The notes beneath the pieces were generated by a model. That model did not search any database. It saw nothing but the letters and a program-made list of their open reading frames with translations, and was not told the DNA's origin. A DNA stretch of 64,000 bases from a virus: the IMG/VR virus record IMGVR_UViG_3300027708_002747, positions 20,682-84,681 of that record. One strand, written 5' to 3'. Numbering within the stretch: position 1 is the stretch's first letter; each line of letters begins with the position of its first letter. A program made the translations under genes and the position numbers. Below are positions 49,767-59,238 of the stretch, piece by piece.

Positions 49767-52700
49767 TTAATCTTCAATATTACTTTCTATTTGTTTATTT
49801 AACTCATCAATTCTTCTATTTAATTCTTTAACTTCATTAATGAGTTTATCTAATTTTTCATCAGACAATTGTTCTTTTATTTTTTTAGTCTGTTCCCCAA
49901 AGATTTTTTTACCAACATTCTCTAAAAAAATTTTCTGTTCTTTTTTGTTACTTGATAGAATATTTTCAAAAAAATTGTCAGCCTCTTCAGGAGTATTTAT
50001 ACCTCTGTTATTTAATTCCCATTCAAAAGCTTTCCATTTAGTTTCATCTAATTCGACATTAAATATGTCTTGTGACACCTGATTTGCATAAATAAACATA
50101 TTATATCCCATATTTAACATGACTGGTGAAAACACAATAGGAACTTTTACTCCAACTTCCTTTAAAATTTTAACAGCAATATTTTTCCACTGAGAACCAA
50201 ACTGTTGTTTTAACCATCTGTCCATAATTTCTTTTCCGTAAACCTGAATTTGTCTTGTAAATCTTGGAGTGTTGATGATATCATATAAATGTCTTCTTTC
50301 AACATCTGTTAACGACCTTACAAAATTATTCAATTTCTTACCTGTATTTGGGTTAGCTTTTTTTAATTTATTAAATACTGATATTTCTGCCCAATCCCCA
50401 AATCCTGATAAGAATTTTTTCTCAAATCCTGGTGTGTCCACAATAAATGATAACACAGCACACGCCATATCAATTTTAGCGGCCTCTTCATTTCCCGCCA
50501 TTTTATTTCTGTAGGCGGAATAAATATTAAGTCCAGCATCAACTGATATTCTCGCGACAATCGCCAATTCAAGTTCCCATCCTACAGCCATAAATAAAGG
50601 TGGAAATACAAGTGATGCTAAAAGTACTCCCCCCATAACAATTTTCCATCCGTTTTCATCCCACCACTCATCAGGGCAAGGAATAGTATACTTAACATAA
50701 CCTGATGGTAATGAAGAATAATATTGACCAACAATATAACCTTTATATTCTCTTTGACCCGCAGCAATTGATTGTAATTCTTTATACATTCCTGGACATT
50801 CAAGTAGTTTTTTTAGGGTTAATTCAACGAGTGAATCAGGTATCTTATCAATTGTTTTATAACCACCCCCCAAGGCATCGGATAATGTACCTAAAAATCC
50901 TGGGTTCATAAAAATATGCATTTTAACCGCATTTTTAACCAAAGGATTATTAAGATAAAAATCTTTAGAACCAGGAGCACCCGGTAAATAAGTTTGTATT
51001 AAATCGTAATCCTCAGGATAAAACTGAAGTAATAAATCTATTTGTTCTTCAGGTAATTTTAAAAATTTAATCATCCATTTACCAACATCACCATTTGTTT
51101 CTTTATTTGCAAAATCAACAACACAGTTAGGATATAACGATTCGTTTTCTACCAAATCCTTTACAAAATTAGGGAACTTAGAATATAAATCAAAGTCAAA
51201 ATTAAGACCACTTCCTCCTTTAGTAACAATTTGTCTTCCTTTAATACCATCAAATTCAAAAGGTTCTGTACACCATTCAGTTAACCAATTTACTAAAGTA
51301 TTAACTTGTTCATCATTTAAAATACTAAAAATTGGACCTAAATTAATTATTTGAGGTTTAAATCCTGAATCTTCATTTTTTCCTGAAATAACTTGGTTAA
51401 TATTTTTTTGAATATTTCCAATTGAGTACGACGGTAAATCAGGGTCATCACCTCTACTATAAATTGGTATTATTTTACCATCAACATCATAAATACTTAT
51501 TTTTAAAAACTTGGAATTATTAACACCTTGTTCAAATTTTTCTTGTTGTTCTTTTGGAGTTTGGCCTGTTTCATATAACCATTCATCCGCAGGAACATTT
51601 GGATATGCATTAGCCCTTAAAAATGAAAGAAAAGGTTCTACCCAATCATGTTTGTTAGTTTTAAAAAACTTATATGCCGGCATATTCTCTTCATTTATAG
51701 TGGACCCTTTACAAACTCGATAAGTTTTAAGTAAACAAATATAATTTTCAATATACCCATCTAGTTTAGGATTGTTAGGAGTAAGTCCTAAAGCTTCCGC
51801 AAAATTATAGTTACCACTTTTTAAATAATCCCTCAATGAATCATGCCAAGGATAACTGGTATTAACACCCCTCTCTCGTACTACATCTTTTTGTTTTAAA
51901 TAACCAAGTTCTACTAACGCCATTTGTAAATTTGTAACTGAACTTTCCGTATTTTCTTTTACATAGGTTGGATATCCTTTTTTAGTATACCCTACTAAAC
52001 CTTGTTCCTTTTGTTTAATATTTGTTAAATATTGTGTAGGTGAATATTGATATTGAGTAAGATAAGTCAAACTAGGAAACTTTAATGTTAAATCTTTCCA
52101 ATTTGGTTTAATAGGGGGTTGATAATTAAATTGTTTTGGATTTTTATTATATTCACCAATTTTTCTCTCAAATATTTCATAATCGAGTAATACAACGAAT
52201 GGACCCAAAACTTTAACATTACCTTTAAAACTTTTTTTACTTCTTGGTTGTTGTATTGAACTACCTGTTGGTGAATCGGAAAAATATAAACTATCTCTAA
52301 AAACTTTATTGTTTTTTAATAATTTTATTAAATCATCATAATTCATTTCAGATATTTTCTCCGCAAAAACAGTTATAATCTTATCTTTATTTGTGTTAAT
52401 ACTAACTCGAGCCTCACCTTCACTACTGTTAGATTCATATAATTTAATTAATTGGTCAATAGAATATTTTCTAAGTTCTTCTTTTGTTAAAACTTTTGGT
52501 TTTGGAGTTGTTTGAGGATTTGTATTATTGGTTATTGGAGTTTTAGAATAAAATGATGGGTAATTTAATTGTAAACTATTACAAAATTTATCAACAGTTT
52601 CTTTAGTTCTTGGCACAAACCAATCGTAATTTCTTGGTTGCATTTTACAATTTTTAATTGCGTCTTTATCATATTGATTTTTTGGGACTTTATTTGGGTC

Positions 52701-52814
52701 TTGTTGTTCTGTTAATATTTTAACTTTTGAAATATTTTCAGACAAAGTTTCCTTATTATCGTATTTCATCAATAACAAAACTCTTTCCAATAATTCTTGT
52801 TGTTTCTTTTCCAT
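49767..52814 (-). CDS. 1015-aa protein with TM-like segments, probable ejection/internal protein
   Basis: 'LLERVLLLMKY...LSE...LTEQ' leader; hydrophobic 'IVMGGVLLASLVFPPLFMAVG'. Confidence 0.55.
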   Translation of the reverse strand: MEKKQQELLERVLLLMKYDNKETLSENISKVKILTEQQDPNKVPKNQYDKDAIKNCKMQPRNYDWFVPRTKETVDKFCNSLQLNYPSFYSKTPITNNTNPQTTPKPKVLTKEELRKYSIDQLIKLYESNSSEGEARVSINTNKDKIITVFAEKISEMNYDDLIKLLKNNKVFRDSLYFSDSPTGSSIQQPRSKKSFKGNVKVLGPFVVLLDYEIFERKIGEYNKNPKQFNYQPPIKPNWKDLTLKFPSLTYLTQYQYSPTQYLTNIKQKEQGLVGYTKKGYPTYVKENTESSVTNLQMALVELGYLKQKDVVRERGVNTSYPWHDSLRDYLKSGNYNFAEALGLTPNNPKLDGYIENYICLLKTYRVCKGSTINEENMPAYKFFKTNKHDWVEPFLSFLRANAYPNVPADEWLYETGQTPKEQQEKFEQGVNNSKFLKISIYDVDGKIIPIYSRGDDPDLPSYSIGNIQKNINQVISGKNEDSGFKPQIINLGPIFSILNDEQVNTLVNWLTEWCTEPFEFDGIKGRQIVTKGGSGLNFDFDLYSKFPNFVKDLVENESLYPNCVVDFANKETNGDVGKWMIKFLKLPEEQIDLLLQFYPEDYDLIQTYLPGAPGSKDFYLNNPLVKNAVKMHIFMNPGFLGTLSDALGGGYKTIDKIPDSLVELTLKKLLECPGMYKELQSIAAGQREYKGYIVGQYYSSLPSGYVKYTIPCPDEWWDENGWKIVMGGVLLASLVFPPLFMAVGWELELAIVARISVDAGLNIYSAYRNKMAGNEEAAKIDMACAVLSFIVDTPGFEKKFLSGFGDWAEISVFNKLKKANPNTGKKLNNFVRSLTDVERRHLYDIINTPRFTRQIQVYGKEIMDRWLKQQFGSQWKNIAVKILKEVGVKVPIVFSPVMLNMGYNMFIYANQVSQDIFNVELDETKWKAFEWELNNRGINTPEEADNFFENILSSNKKEQKIFLENVGKKIFGEQTKKIKEQLSDEKLDKLINEVKELNRRIDELNKQIESNIED

Positions 52815-52817
52815 TTT

Positions 52818-53072
52818 TTACCAAACTTGATTTGCAGGGCCTCTTTTAATACCGGTCTCCCATTTTTCACCTTTTTTACCCAACATGTTGGCTTTACCTC
52901 TTGTGGTCACATAAAGTTCATCCCAATTACTACCTCTTTTATTTGTATTAGATGTTGCACCTCCACCACCTGAGGCAGCGTCTTGTTCACCTAACTCATC
53001 TTTCTTACCTTTTTTACTATTGGTAGTCAGATTTTTAAGCAAATCAATTATATAGTCAACGTCCTGTGTCAT
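52818..53072 (-). CDS. small hypothetical protein
   Basis: 'ELGEQ', then two 'RG(K/P)AN' repeats; late motif at 53079. Confidence 0.6.
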   Translation of the reverse strand: MTQDVDYIIDLLKNLTTNSKKGKKDELGEQDAASGGGGATSNTNKRGSNWDELYVTTRGKANMLGKKGEKWETGIKRGPANQVW

Positions 53073-53087
53073 TTTTTTATAAATATC

Positions 53088-53119
53088 TTTGGTTAGATAA
53101 AAAAGTGTAGTTATATTTG
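53088..53119 (+). promoter_or_regulatory. Bacteroidota sigma70-type promoter
   Basis: TTTG(53088-91)-N20-TATATTTG(53112-19). Confidence 0.7.
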
Positions 53120-53124
53120 TAGAT

Positions 53125-53610
53125 ATGAAACAATTACTTTTTTTATTCCTATTATCTATAACATTATTATCTTGTGAGAGATATGAACAACCTACTTACC
53201 CATCATTATCAGGTAACTATGTAATTGATGTTATTACAGTTTCAACCGATTCTTACACTGATGTATTATATCCTGGTGATACACTATTTCTAAACGATAC
53301 TAACTTTCCAATGGACACAATTGCCGTTGGTTTTACCAAATTAGGTTTTAATAACACACACATGGGATTTAATATTGTTGAGAACCAATGGGGTGATTAT
53401 TATTTTGAAGATAAATTCCCGTATACCTGTACTAACTTCGAATATCAAGGAAATGGATTTTTTTGGGTAATAATTAATGGAATACAATACTCATTTGATA
53501 TTGTACAAGATGGTCTTGAAAATTTAATTATTCGTTCTAAAACAGGTAGATTTAGAGATTCCAACAACAATGAAATGGAATTAACATTTACTATGACTAT
53601 GACATATTAG
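53125..53610 (+). CDS. lipoprotein (beta-rich, lipocalin-like)
   Basis: 'MKQLLFLFLLSITLLSC' lipobox. Confidence 0.75.
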   Translation: MKQLLFLFLLSITLLSCERYEQPTYPSLSGNYVIDVITVSTDSYTDVLYPGDTLFLNDTNFPMDTIAVGFTKLGFNNTHMGFNIVENQWGDYYFEDKFPYTCTNFEYQGNGFFWVIINGIQYSFDIVQDGLENLIIRSKTGRFRDSNNNEMELTFTMTMTY

Positions 53611-53942
53611 AATAAAAACGAAGGTGGAATTTTATTTGGATTTAATTTATAATACTCATCCATAAAATCCTTTAACTCAATTTTATCAACCTCGTATTCC
53701 CTTTCGTCTAACGCTTCTTCATCAATAATTAACTCGTCAGTGTCTTCTTCATATATGATAGGAAAATCACTTGATTCATAATCATAGTTCTCTAAAATGA
53801 AAAAACCGGACTTCTCAACAAAGTCCAGTTCAAATTCATGTTCTCTTATCTCGTCCTCACCATCTTCTTTTAATCTAAAACTAACTTGTATAATTTCAGA
53901 TTTTGGATTATAATAGTAATCAACAATTTCTTTGATTTTCAT
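53607..53942 (-). CDS. acidic hypothetical protein
   Basis: Start reassigned to MKIKEI. Confidence 0.6.
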   Translation of the reverse strand: MKIKEIVDYYYNPKSEIIQVSFRLKEDGEDEIREHEFELDFVEKSGFFILENYDYESSDFPIIYEEDTDELIIDEEALDEREYEVDKIELKDFMDEYYKLNPNKIPPSFLF

Positions 53943-53946
53943 TTCC

Positions 53947-54405
53947 TTAAAGAATTTTCTTAAACCACTTAAGTGATTCATTGATTTGTTCTTGTACTAA
54001 CGAAGCTTTTGATTTAATTTTAATACCTTCTTCAATCTCTTCCATAGTATACCCTTTAGTTCCACACTCACACGTTTCACCTTCTTTCATTTCACCACCA
54101 CACTCTTCACATGTTTCACCCTCATACATACCACTACATTCACACATTTCACCTTCATATAAACCTCCACACTCATCACATTGTTTTTTCATTTTTTGAT
54201 TAATGTTTGTGTTCTTATATTCAGTAACCTCATTTTTATTATTAACGGTAATACCACCCTTATCCTGAGCCAAATCCTCAACATTAAGCATTTGTTCTTT
54301 TGGTGTGTCAAATCCACGAGTGACATAACCATCATATGGTTTTCTATGTTTATCTTTAATTGAATTTTTTTCTTGTTCTGAAATACCTAAAAAATATGGA
54401 TTCAT
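53947..54405 (-). CDS. hypothetical protein with repeated 'EGE.CE(E)C(G/S)' motifs
   Basis: Leader 'ISEQEKNSI'; C-terminal 'QEQINESLKWFKKIL'. Confidence 0.65.
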   Translation of the reverse strand: MNPYFLGISEQEKNSIKDKHRKPYDGYVTRGFDTPKEQMLNVEDLAQDKGGITVNNKNEVTEYKNTNINQKMKKQCDECGGLYEGEMCECSGMYEGETCEECGGEMKEGETCECGTKGYTMEEIEEGIKIKSKASLVQEQINESLKWFKKIL

Positions 54406-54468
54406 AATAATTGTTTTCTAGATAAATATATGGTTGATTGAATAATATTAATTTATTATACTTTACCC

Positions 54469-54978
54469 ATGGAAAAACCTTACCAACTATTACAACCAGT
54501 TTTTAAAGACCATCGTGGGTCTTTTACTCCAATCAAACTTTCTGACAAGTGGGTTCAATCAAACATTAGTATAAACGATGATATATTCGTATTTCGTGGA
54601 TTACATTATCAAGACGAACCAATGTCTCAAACGAAGTTAGTTTCTGTTATTCAAGGAAAGATTATTGATTTTGTTGTTAACTTGGATAAAAAAAGTGAAG
54701 AGTTTGGTAAACTTGAAACATTTGTTTTAACATCAGGTGAATCGGTATATGTCCCCAAAGGATACGCTCACGGATTTTTAACACTTCAAAGTGGGACAAT
54801 CGTTAACTACTTGGTAGACAATGAATATTCTAAAGAACACGAAGGATGTATTCAATGGGATACTATAGAAGAAGTAAAAGACATTATCACCAAATACATG
54901 AGAGGATTTAACTTTAAAGTTAAGATTAGTGATAAAGACACCGAAGGAATTACATTAGAAGAATATAAAAACAAATGA
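54469..54978 (+). CDS. rmlC: dTDP-4-dehydrorhamnose 3,5-epimerase family
   Basis: 'FKDHRGSF', 'VQSNIS', 'RGLHYQ', 'KLV.V.QG.I.D', 'VPKGYAHGF'. Confidence 0.9.
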   Translation: MEKPYQLLQPVFKDHRGSFTPIKLSDKWVQSNISINDDIFVFRGLHYQDEPMSQTKLVSVIQGKIIDFVVNLDKKSEEFGKLETFVLTSGESVYVPKGYAHGFLTLQSGTIVNYLVDNEYSKEHEGCIQWDTIEEVKDIITKYMRGFNFKVKISDKDTEGITLEEYKNK

Positions 54979-55211
54979 CAAAAGAAGAAGTAGAAGAATT
55001 GGCCGAAGGAGCAATTCTATTAGATGGATTTGATGAATGTATCACAGGAATTGTTGAAGAGTTTGGCAATGGTGTGAGAATACTTTATTCACGTGATAAA
55101 ATACTTGAGTCATTACAAAAAGATATGTCTTATGAAGATGCTTTAGAATATTATTACTACAACATTGTTGGTGGACATTTTGGTGAAAGAAATCCTTTGT
55201 TTTTACTTTAA
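54975..55211 (+). CDS. conserved phage hypothetical protein
   Basis: 'DGFDECI.G...MSYEDALEYYYYNIVG...GE.NP.F'. Confidence 0.7.
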   Translation: MTKEEVEELAEGAILLDGFDECITGIVEEFGNGVRILYSRDKILESLQKDMSYEDALEYYYYNIVGGHFGERNPLFLL

Positions 55212-55810
55212 AAGTAATTTGCGTAAAACGAAATAATTTTTGGAGCATATCTTTTTAAATAAGAATTAATTCTTTCTACGGTCACTTCTTTATTTTCTTC
55301 TTCAATTATACTTATTACTCCGTTCACCATTTCACCTTGAACTTTATCGGCCATATCAACTAATTCATCGAACGCTTCGTTAGTATCATTATACTTATGT
55401 TCGTGAGCCAATCTTTCTTTACCCATATAAAGATACGGTGAAGCCGCCAACATGTTAACGACACCAGATTCTCTTAATTTATTTAAATATCGTTTTAAAA
55501 ACAACATGTTGAAATGTTTTATTAACTGAGCATGTTGTGTTAAATCAGTTGACAGATTTTCTTGAATATTTCTTTTTTGTTTTCTTTCCTTCATTTCATC
55601 AAACTCAGATTCATACATCCATTTATCTTCATCCAATAAATAAAGACCCGACCCGTTGTCCCATTTAACAACATATTGAATAAATCCAGGCCCTTTTTGT
55701 ATTCCTTTAACAGTTCCTCTGTCACCAAACGATAATTGAGGTTCACCGAAAAGTTCAATGATAACAATTCTATCACCAGGTTTAAGTTCAGGATTTAATT
55801 TCTTACTCAT
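55208..55810 (-). CDS. hypothetical protein with an SH3-like N-terminal domain
   Basis: 'LKPGDRI...GDRGTV...VKWDNGSGLYL' and 'L..LRESGVVNM'; start reassigned to MSKKLN. Confidence 0.6.
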   Translation of the reverse strand: MSKKLNPELKPGDRIVIIELFGEPQLSFGDRGTVKGIQKGPGFIQYVVKWDNGSGLYLLDEDKWMYESEFDEMKERKQKRNIQENLSTDLTQHAQLIKHFNMLFLKRYLNKLRESGVVNMLAASPYLYMGKERLAHEHKYNDTNEAFDELVDMADKVQGEMVNGVISIIEEENKEVTVERINSYLKRYAPKIISFYANYF

Positions 55811-55825
55811 ATATTTATAAATATA
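55811..55825. promoter_or_regulatory. palindromic bidirectional late-type element TATTTATAAATA
   Basis: Fills nearly all of the 15-bp gap between divergent ATGs at 55810 and 55826. Confidence 0.65.
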
Positions 55826-56446
55826 ATGAAATATATAATTAAAGAATCTCAAAAGCAAATTATCCTTGAAACAATAAATGATAGGATTAAAGAAGTTCAA
55901 GAAGATGGTGTTGAACTAACAAAAAAGATTGTAGAAGACACTAAAACTCACGTTTCAATAAACTTAAAGATGATGCTCACATGGGGAGCGGCAATCGGAG
56001 GGTTTATGGGCCCAATTATGCAATGGTTAAATGGACAGGTACCTGAGTTAACAGAAAAAGATTCATCATTAATTGCTGCCGGTATTGCGTCAGTAATATT
56101 CTTTCAAGAAAGAAGTTTTACCAAATCAATTATTAAAAAGATTAAAGAAGACGGACTTGAAGAATCATTTAAATTGGGGGCAATTAAAGCCAATCAACTT
56201 AAAACTGTTTTGGCAGGTTTTTTAAAGAGTTTGAATTTATCTGCGTTCAGTGTAACAAATATGTTAAGTTACGCATTCTTGGTTCCAATCATACCAATGA
56301 TATACGACGCTATCTCTGAAGGTATATGGGATATGAAAGATACTGAAATGTTAGTTAAATCATTATCAGCGTTTGGATTAATAACAATTTCAGGTAATTT
56401 CTTAAAACGACTTATGGATTTAATCGTTGACAGGATTACTAAATAA
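55826..56446 (+). CDS. membrane-segment protein with a head-targeting-like leader
   Basis: 'MKYIIKESQKQIILE'; 3-4 hydrophobic helices. Confidence 0.6.
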   Translation: MKYIIKESQKQIILETINDRIKEVQEDGVELTKKIVEDTKTHVSINLKMMLTWGAAIGGFMGPIMQWLNGQVPELTEKDSSLIAAGIASVIFFQERSFTKSIIKKIKEDGLEESFKLGAIKANQLKTVLAGFLKSLNLSAFSVTNMLSYAFLVPIIPMIYDAISEGIWDMKDTEMLVKSLSAFGLITISGNFLKRLMDLIVDRITK

Positions 56447-56705
56447 AATCAATCTTTAATTCCAAATCAGACGTTCCTCTGAATATTCTGTGATAAGTCC
56501 CTTCAGGAATTAATAATACTTGTCCTTCAGTTAACTCTATTGGCAATTGATTATCCATTTGAAATTTCCATCCATCACCTTGTACCACTTCAATCAATCT
56601 ATCTTCTCTATCACGATGCCATTGTAGTTCACCACTATCAACATCGGATTTAAAAACTCTAATCTTTGAGGTTTCTGTTAGTTTTCTATCTTTATACGGT
56701 TTCAT
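56439..56705 (-). CDS. cupin domain protein
   Basis: 'WHRDREDR', 'IPEGTYHRI'. Confidence 0.75.
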   Translation of the reverse strand: MKPYKDRKLTETSKIRVFKSDVDSGELQWHRDREDRLIEVVQGDGWKFQMDNQLPIELTEGQVLLIPEGTYHRIFRGTSDLELKIDFI

Positions 56706-56706
56706 A

Positions 56707-57306
56707 TTACCAAAATCCTGGATAAGTTTTACCGCCCCAGAGGTAACCAAAGCGATTGAGTCTACATGCCCAGTACCCCGCAGTTAATCTGTCTTTCTTT
56801 TTAGAACACTGATGTCTAGCCGCAAATGATTTACGAGCTTTAGGATTAGATACCTTAGCAGTTAAACCACCATGAACATCACCAAATGAAATTTTCTTAA
56901 CTCTACCTGTTGATGGGTTTTTAACATAGACAACATATTTCTTACCACCACCACTATTTCTTCTTGGTTTACCGAGTTCAACTTTCTTTCCGTTATACTC
57001 AGCTTCAGAGATAAATGTTTCTTCCATTGGAGTATCCAAATAAACTACTCTACCATTTGATAATCTAACCTGTGTTCCAAAATCAGATTCAACAAGTTCA
57101 ACATCATCTTCATTTAATTCAACCATTCCTTCGTAATATAACTCACGTGCTTCTTGAATAACGTTAAAGAATTCCTCAGAACCAAATCTGAAGATATTAT
57201 CATTTAATGGTACATCATTTGTTATATGATAATTAAGGTGTTCCGAGATAAGTGGTTTTTCCACTGATTCTGTAAGAACTTTTTTGATAAGTTTTTTGAT
57301 ATTCAT
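56707..57306 (-). CDS. DUF6321-like protein with an N-terminal leader
   Basis: 'KKYVVYVKNP..G.VKKISFGD', 'ARKSFAARHQC', 'AGYWAC'; leader 'IKKLIKKVLTES'. Confidence 0.65.
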   Translation of the reverse strand: MNIKKLIKKVLTESVEKPLISEHLNYHITNDVPLNDNIFRFGSEEFFNVIQEARELYYEGMVELNEDDVELVESDFGTQVRLSNGRVVYLDTPMEETFISEAEYNGKKVELGKPRRNSGGGKKYVVYVKNPSTGRVKKISFGDVHGGLTAKVSNPKARKSFAARHQCSKKKDRLTAGYWACRLNRFGYLWGGKTYPGFW

Positions 57307-57506
57307 TTTTTACTTCGTAATAAGAAATACAACCCAAAGAACAATGCTGAAGTACAATAGAAAATTCCTGTGGTAATCCAATAAGAACTTGTGTAATCTA
57401 AGATTGCTTTGAACATTATGTCGAATCCTAGTGGATTGAAAAACATTGCGAGCATAAGGCAATAAGTGGCAACATTTTCCTTTAGAATTCGTTTCATTTT
57501 CGTCAT
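57303..57506 (-). CDS. small two-TM membrane protein
   Basis: Two hydrophobic helices; 'FFNPLGFD'. Confidence 0.6.
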   Translation of the reverse strand: MTKMKRILKENVATYCLMLAMFFNPLGFDIMFKAILDYTSSYWITTGIFYCTSALFFGLYFLLRSKK

Positions 57507-57563
57507 TATCCATTAACGTGGGTTTAAAGTTTATGAACAAAGTTCATTTTATTTATAAATATA

Positions 57564-57594
57564 TTTGTGTAGACAAATATTTTGTGTATATTTG
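57564..57594 (+). promoter_or_regulatory. Bacteroidota sigma70-type promoter
   Basis: TTTG(57564-67)-N19-TATATTTG(57587-94). Confidence 0.7.
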
Positions 57595-57620
57595 TATAAA
57601 TAATTAAATAATCAAGTCCT

Positions 57621-58052
57621 ATGAAAAACTTATTTCTTTCTCTTGTTTTGGTGATGGTTGGTTTGGTAGCTAACTCACAAGTAATTACTGTTAATGTTCA
57701 CAAAGTTCAAAATTTCAATCATTCGTCATCTATGTCAACAGTTCAAGCAAGACAATTGGATTTGATTGAATACCCAAATTATACTACTGGTGAAAATGTC
57801 TACACATTTGACTTGGATAAAAAAATTCTAACATTAAAGAATTGTAAAGGATTTTTTACGTGTAATATTATTGAAGTTAATAAAAATGAAAACATTCTTG
57901 ATTGTATTGTTTTTGATGGTGTTAGGAATGTTTTATTTATGTTAGGAGTAAATAAAAATAACGAAAGAGAGTTTTTAACTGAATTTGTTGATAATGATAA
58001 AGTATTTGGTCAATTCTCTTTAAATTCAGATTTTGATTATAGTGTAAAATAA
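57621..58052 (+). CDS. secreted/periplasmic protein (Sec signal)
   Basis: 'MKNLFLSLVLVMVGLVANS/Q'; Gln at +1 is typical of Bacteroidota signal peptides. Confidence 0.7.
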   Translation: MKNLFLSLVLVMVGLVANSQVITVNVHKVQNFNHSSSMSTVQARQLDLIEYPNYTTGENVYTFDLDKKILTLKNCKGFFTCNIIEVNKNENILDCIVFDGVRNVLFMLGVNKNNEREFLTEFVDNDKVFGQFSLNSDFDYSVK

Positions 58053-58078
58053 AAAAGAGGGTATAACCCTCTTTTTTT
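58051..58078. terminator. bidirectional terminator
   Basis: A6-GAGGGT-ata-ACCCTC-T7. Confidence 0.75.
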
Positions 58079-58096
58079 GTAAAAAAATTATTTAAA

Positions 58097-58717
58097 TTAA
58101 GCTTTACAAACTCCTGGAAATTTAGCTAATTGTTCTTTAAGCGCTCTTTTAGTTGCGGCTTGTAATGCTTTTTTTCCATTTTCAGCACTATTATTTCCAA
58201 AATACTTGTATAAGTAATCTAAATCTTCGGGCTTATATTTTCCATCTTTAAATCTCCATTCAGCCCCACTAACATTTGCGTCAATATTACATGTACCATT
58301 ACATAAACATTTAGTATTAAGACTTTCGTCGGCAGCAATTGATGTTAAATAATATCTAATAAAATCAAATGCCATTGACTCAGCATTATGTTTTGGATTT
58401 TCTCCACCCCCACCACCGGTTATATTTGGTTCAGATTGAGGTCTTAAACCAATAATTGCCAATGAGGATTTACTAATTGTTGGTGTGTTAGGCCACCCAA
58501 CAAACTTATTTAATGAAGTTTCGTCTTTAATTATTTCAGGTAAATAATATGTTTTACCATTTGACGTAAAACCTGCTGTAGATGTTATGGATGCTGGGGG
58601 TTGTCTTTGATTTTGTTGAACTGGTTGTTCACTTAAATAATTCTTTTTGGTTGCACTTTCATGCATTTCCAATATTCTTTGTTTTTCTTCTAAAGAAATT
58701 TCAAATAGTTTTTTCAT
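58097..58717 (-). CDS. hypothetical protein with a head-targeting-like leader
   Basis: 'MKKLFEISLEEKQRILEMHESATKKNYLSEQ'; late motif at 58735. Confidence 0.6.
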   Translation of the reverse strand: MKKLFEISLEEKQRILEMHESATKKNYLSEQPVQQNQRQPPASITSTAGFTSNGKTYYLPEIIKDETSLNKFVGWPNTPTISKSSLAIIGLRPQSEPNITGGGGGENPKHNAESMAFDFIRYYLTSIAADESLNTKCLCNGTCNIDANVSGAEWRFKDGKYKPEDLDYLYKYFGNNSAENGKKALQAATKRALKEQLAKFPGVCKA

Positions 58718-58789
58718 AATCTTAATTTTATTTAATAAATACATGATATTTTTAAAAAATTATATACTTATTGCCAAATAAATGAAATA

Positions 58790-58921
58790 ATGGCAGCTAA
58801 ATCAACAGGTTCAACGAAATTATCATTCGGAGTTAAAAAATCAGGTAAATCAACAAAGAAATTTACCTCAAATAAAAGAAGTAAAAATTATAAGAAGCCT
58901 TATAACGGCCATGGGAGGTAA
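58790..58921 (+). CDS. small basic protein (43 aa, absent from the ORF track)
   Basis: MAAKSTGSTKLSFGVKKSGKSTKKFTSNKRSKNYKKPYNGHGR; stop lies 2 nt before the next ATG. Confidence 0.7.
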   Translation: MAAKSTGSTKLSFGVKKSGKSTKKFTSNKRSKNYKKPYNGHGR

Positions 58922-58923
58922 AC

Positions 58924-59238
58924 ATGAAAGAATACATTAAAAAACAAATCGGAAACATCAAACAGTTTTCATTCGCAGAGATGACTTCCAATAGTTCAGG
59001 AAAGACATCAGGAAGTGGTACTGCAGGTCTTTACATCGTCTTTATTGGAGGTTTGACATTCCTTATGGGTTGTGTGGATAAAATGTTTTTAAACAAAGAT
59101 ATGGACGTTATAACACAGTCAATAATCCTTGTTGGAATTGGGGCAACTCTTTTAGGATATAGAAAATCAAAAGATAAGACAGAAGAACCTACGGTAGAAG
59201 AAGTAACAGAAACTACTGAAGAAGAAATTAACGGTTAA
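58924..59238 (+). CDS. two-TM membrane protein (holin-like)
   Basis: 'SSGKTSGS', two hydrophobic helices, charged tail. Confidence 0.55.
   Translation: MKEYIKKQIGNIKQFSFAEMTSNSSGKTSGSGTAGLYIVFIGGLTFLMGCVDKMFLNKDMDVITQSIILVGIGATLLGYRKSKDKTEEPTVEEVTETTEEEING

Noticed and set aside
55811-55900. Track's upstream starts creating large overlaps (55900-, 43224+, 11864+, 37742+, 58744-, 60049-)
   Set aside because: Downstream ATGs sit directly behind promoter motifs or upstream stop codons and remove the overlaps.
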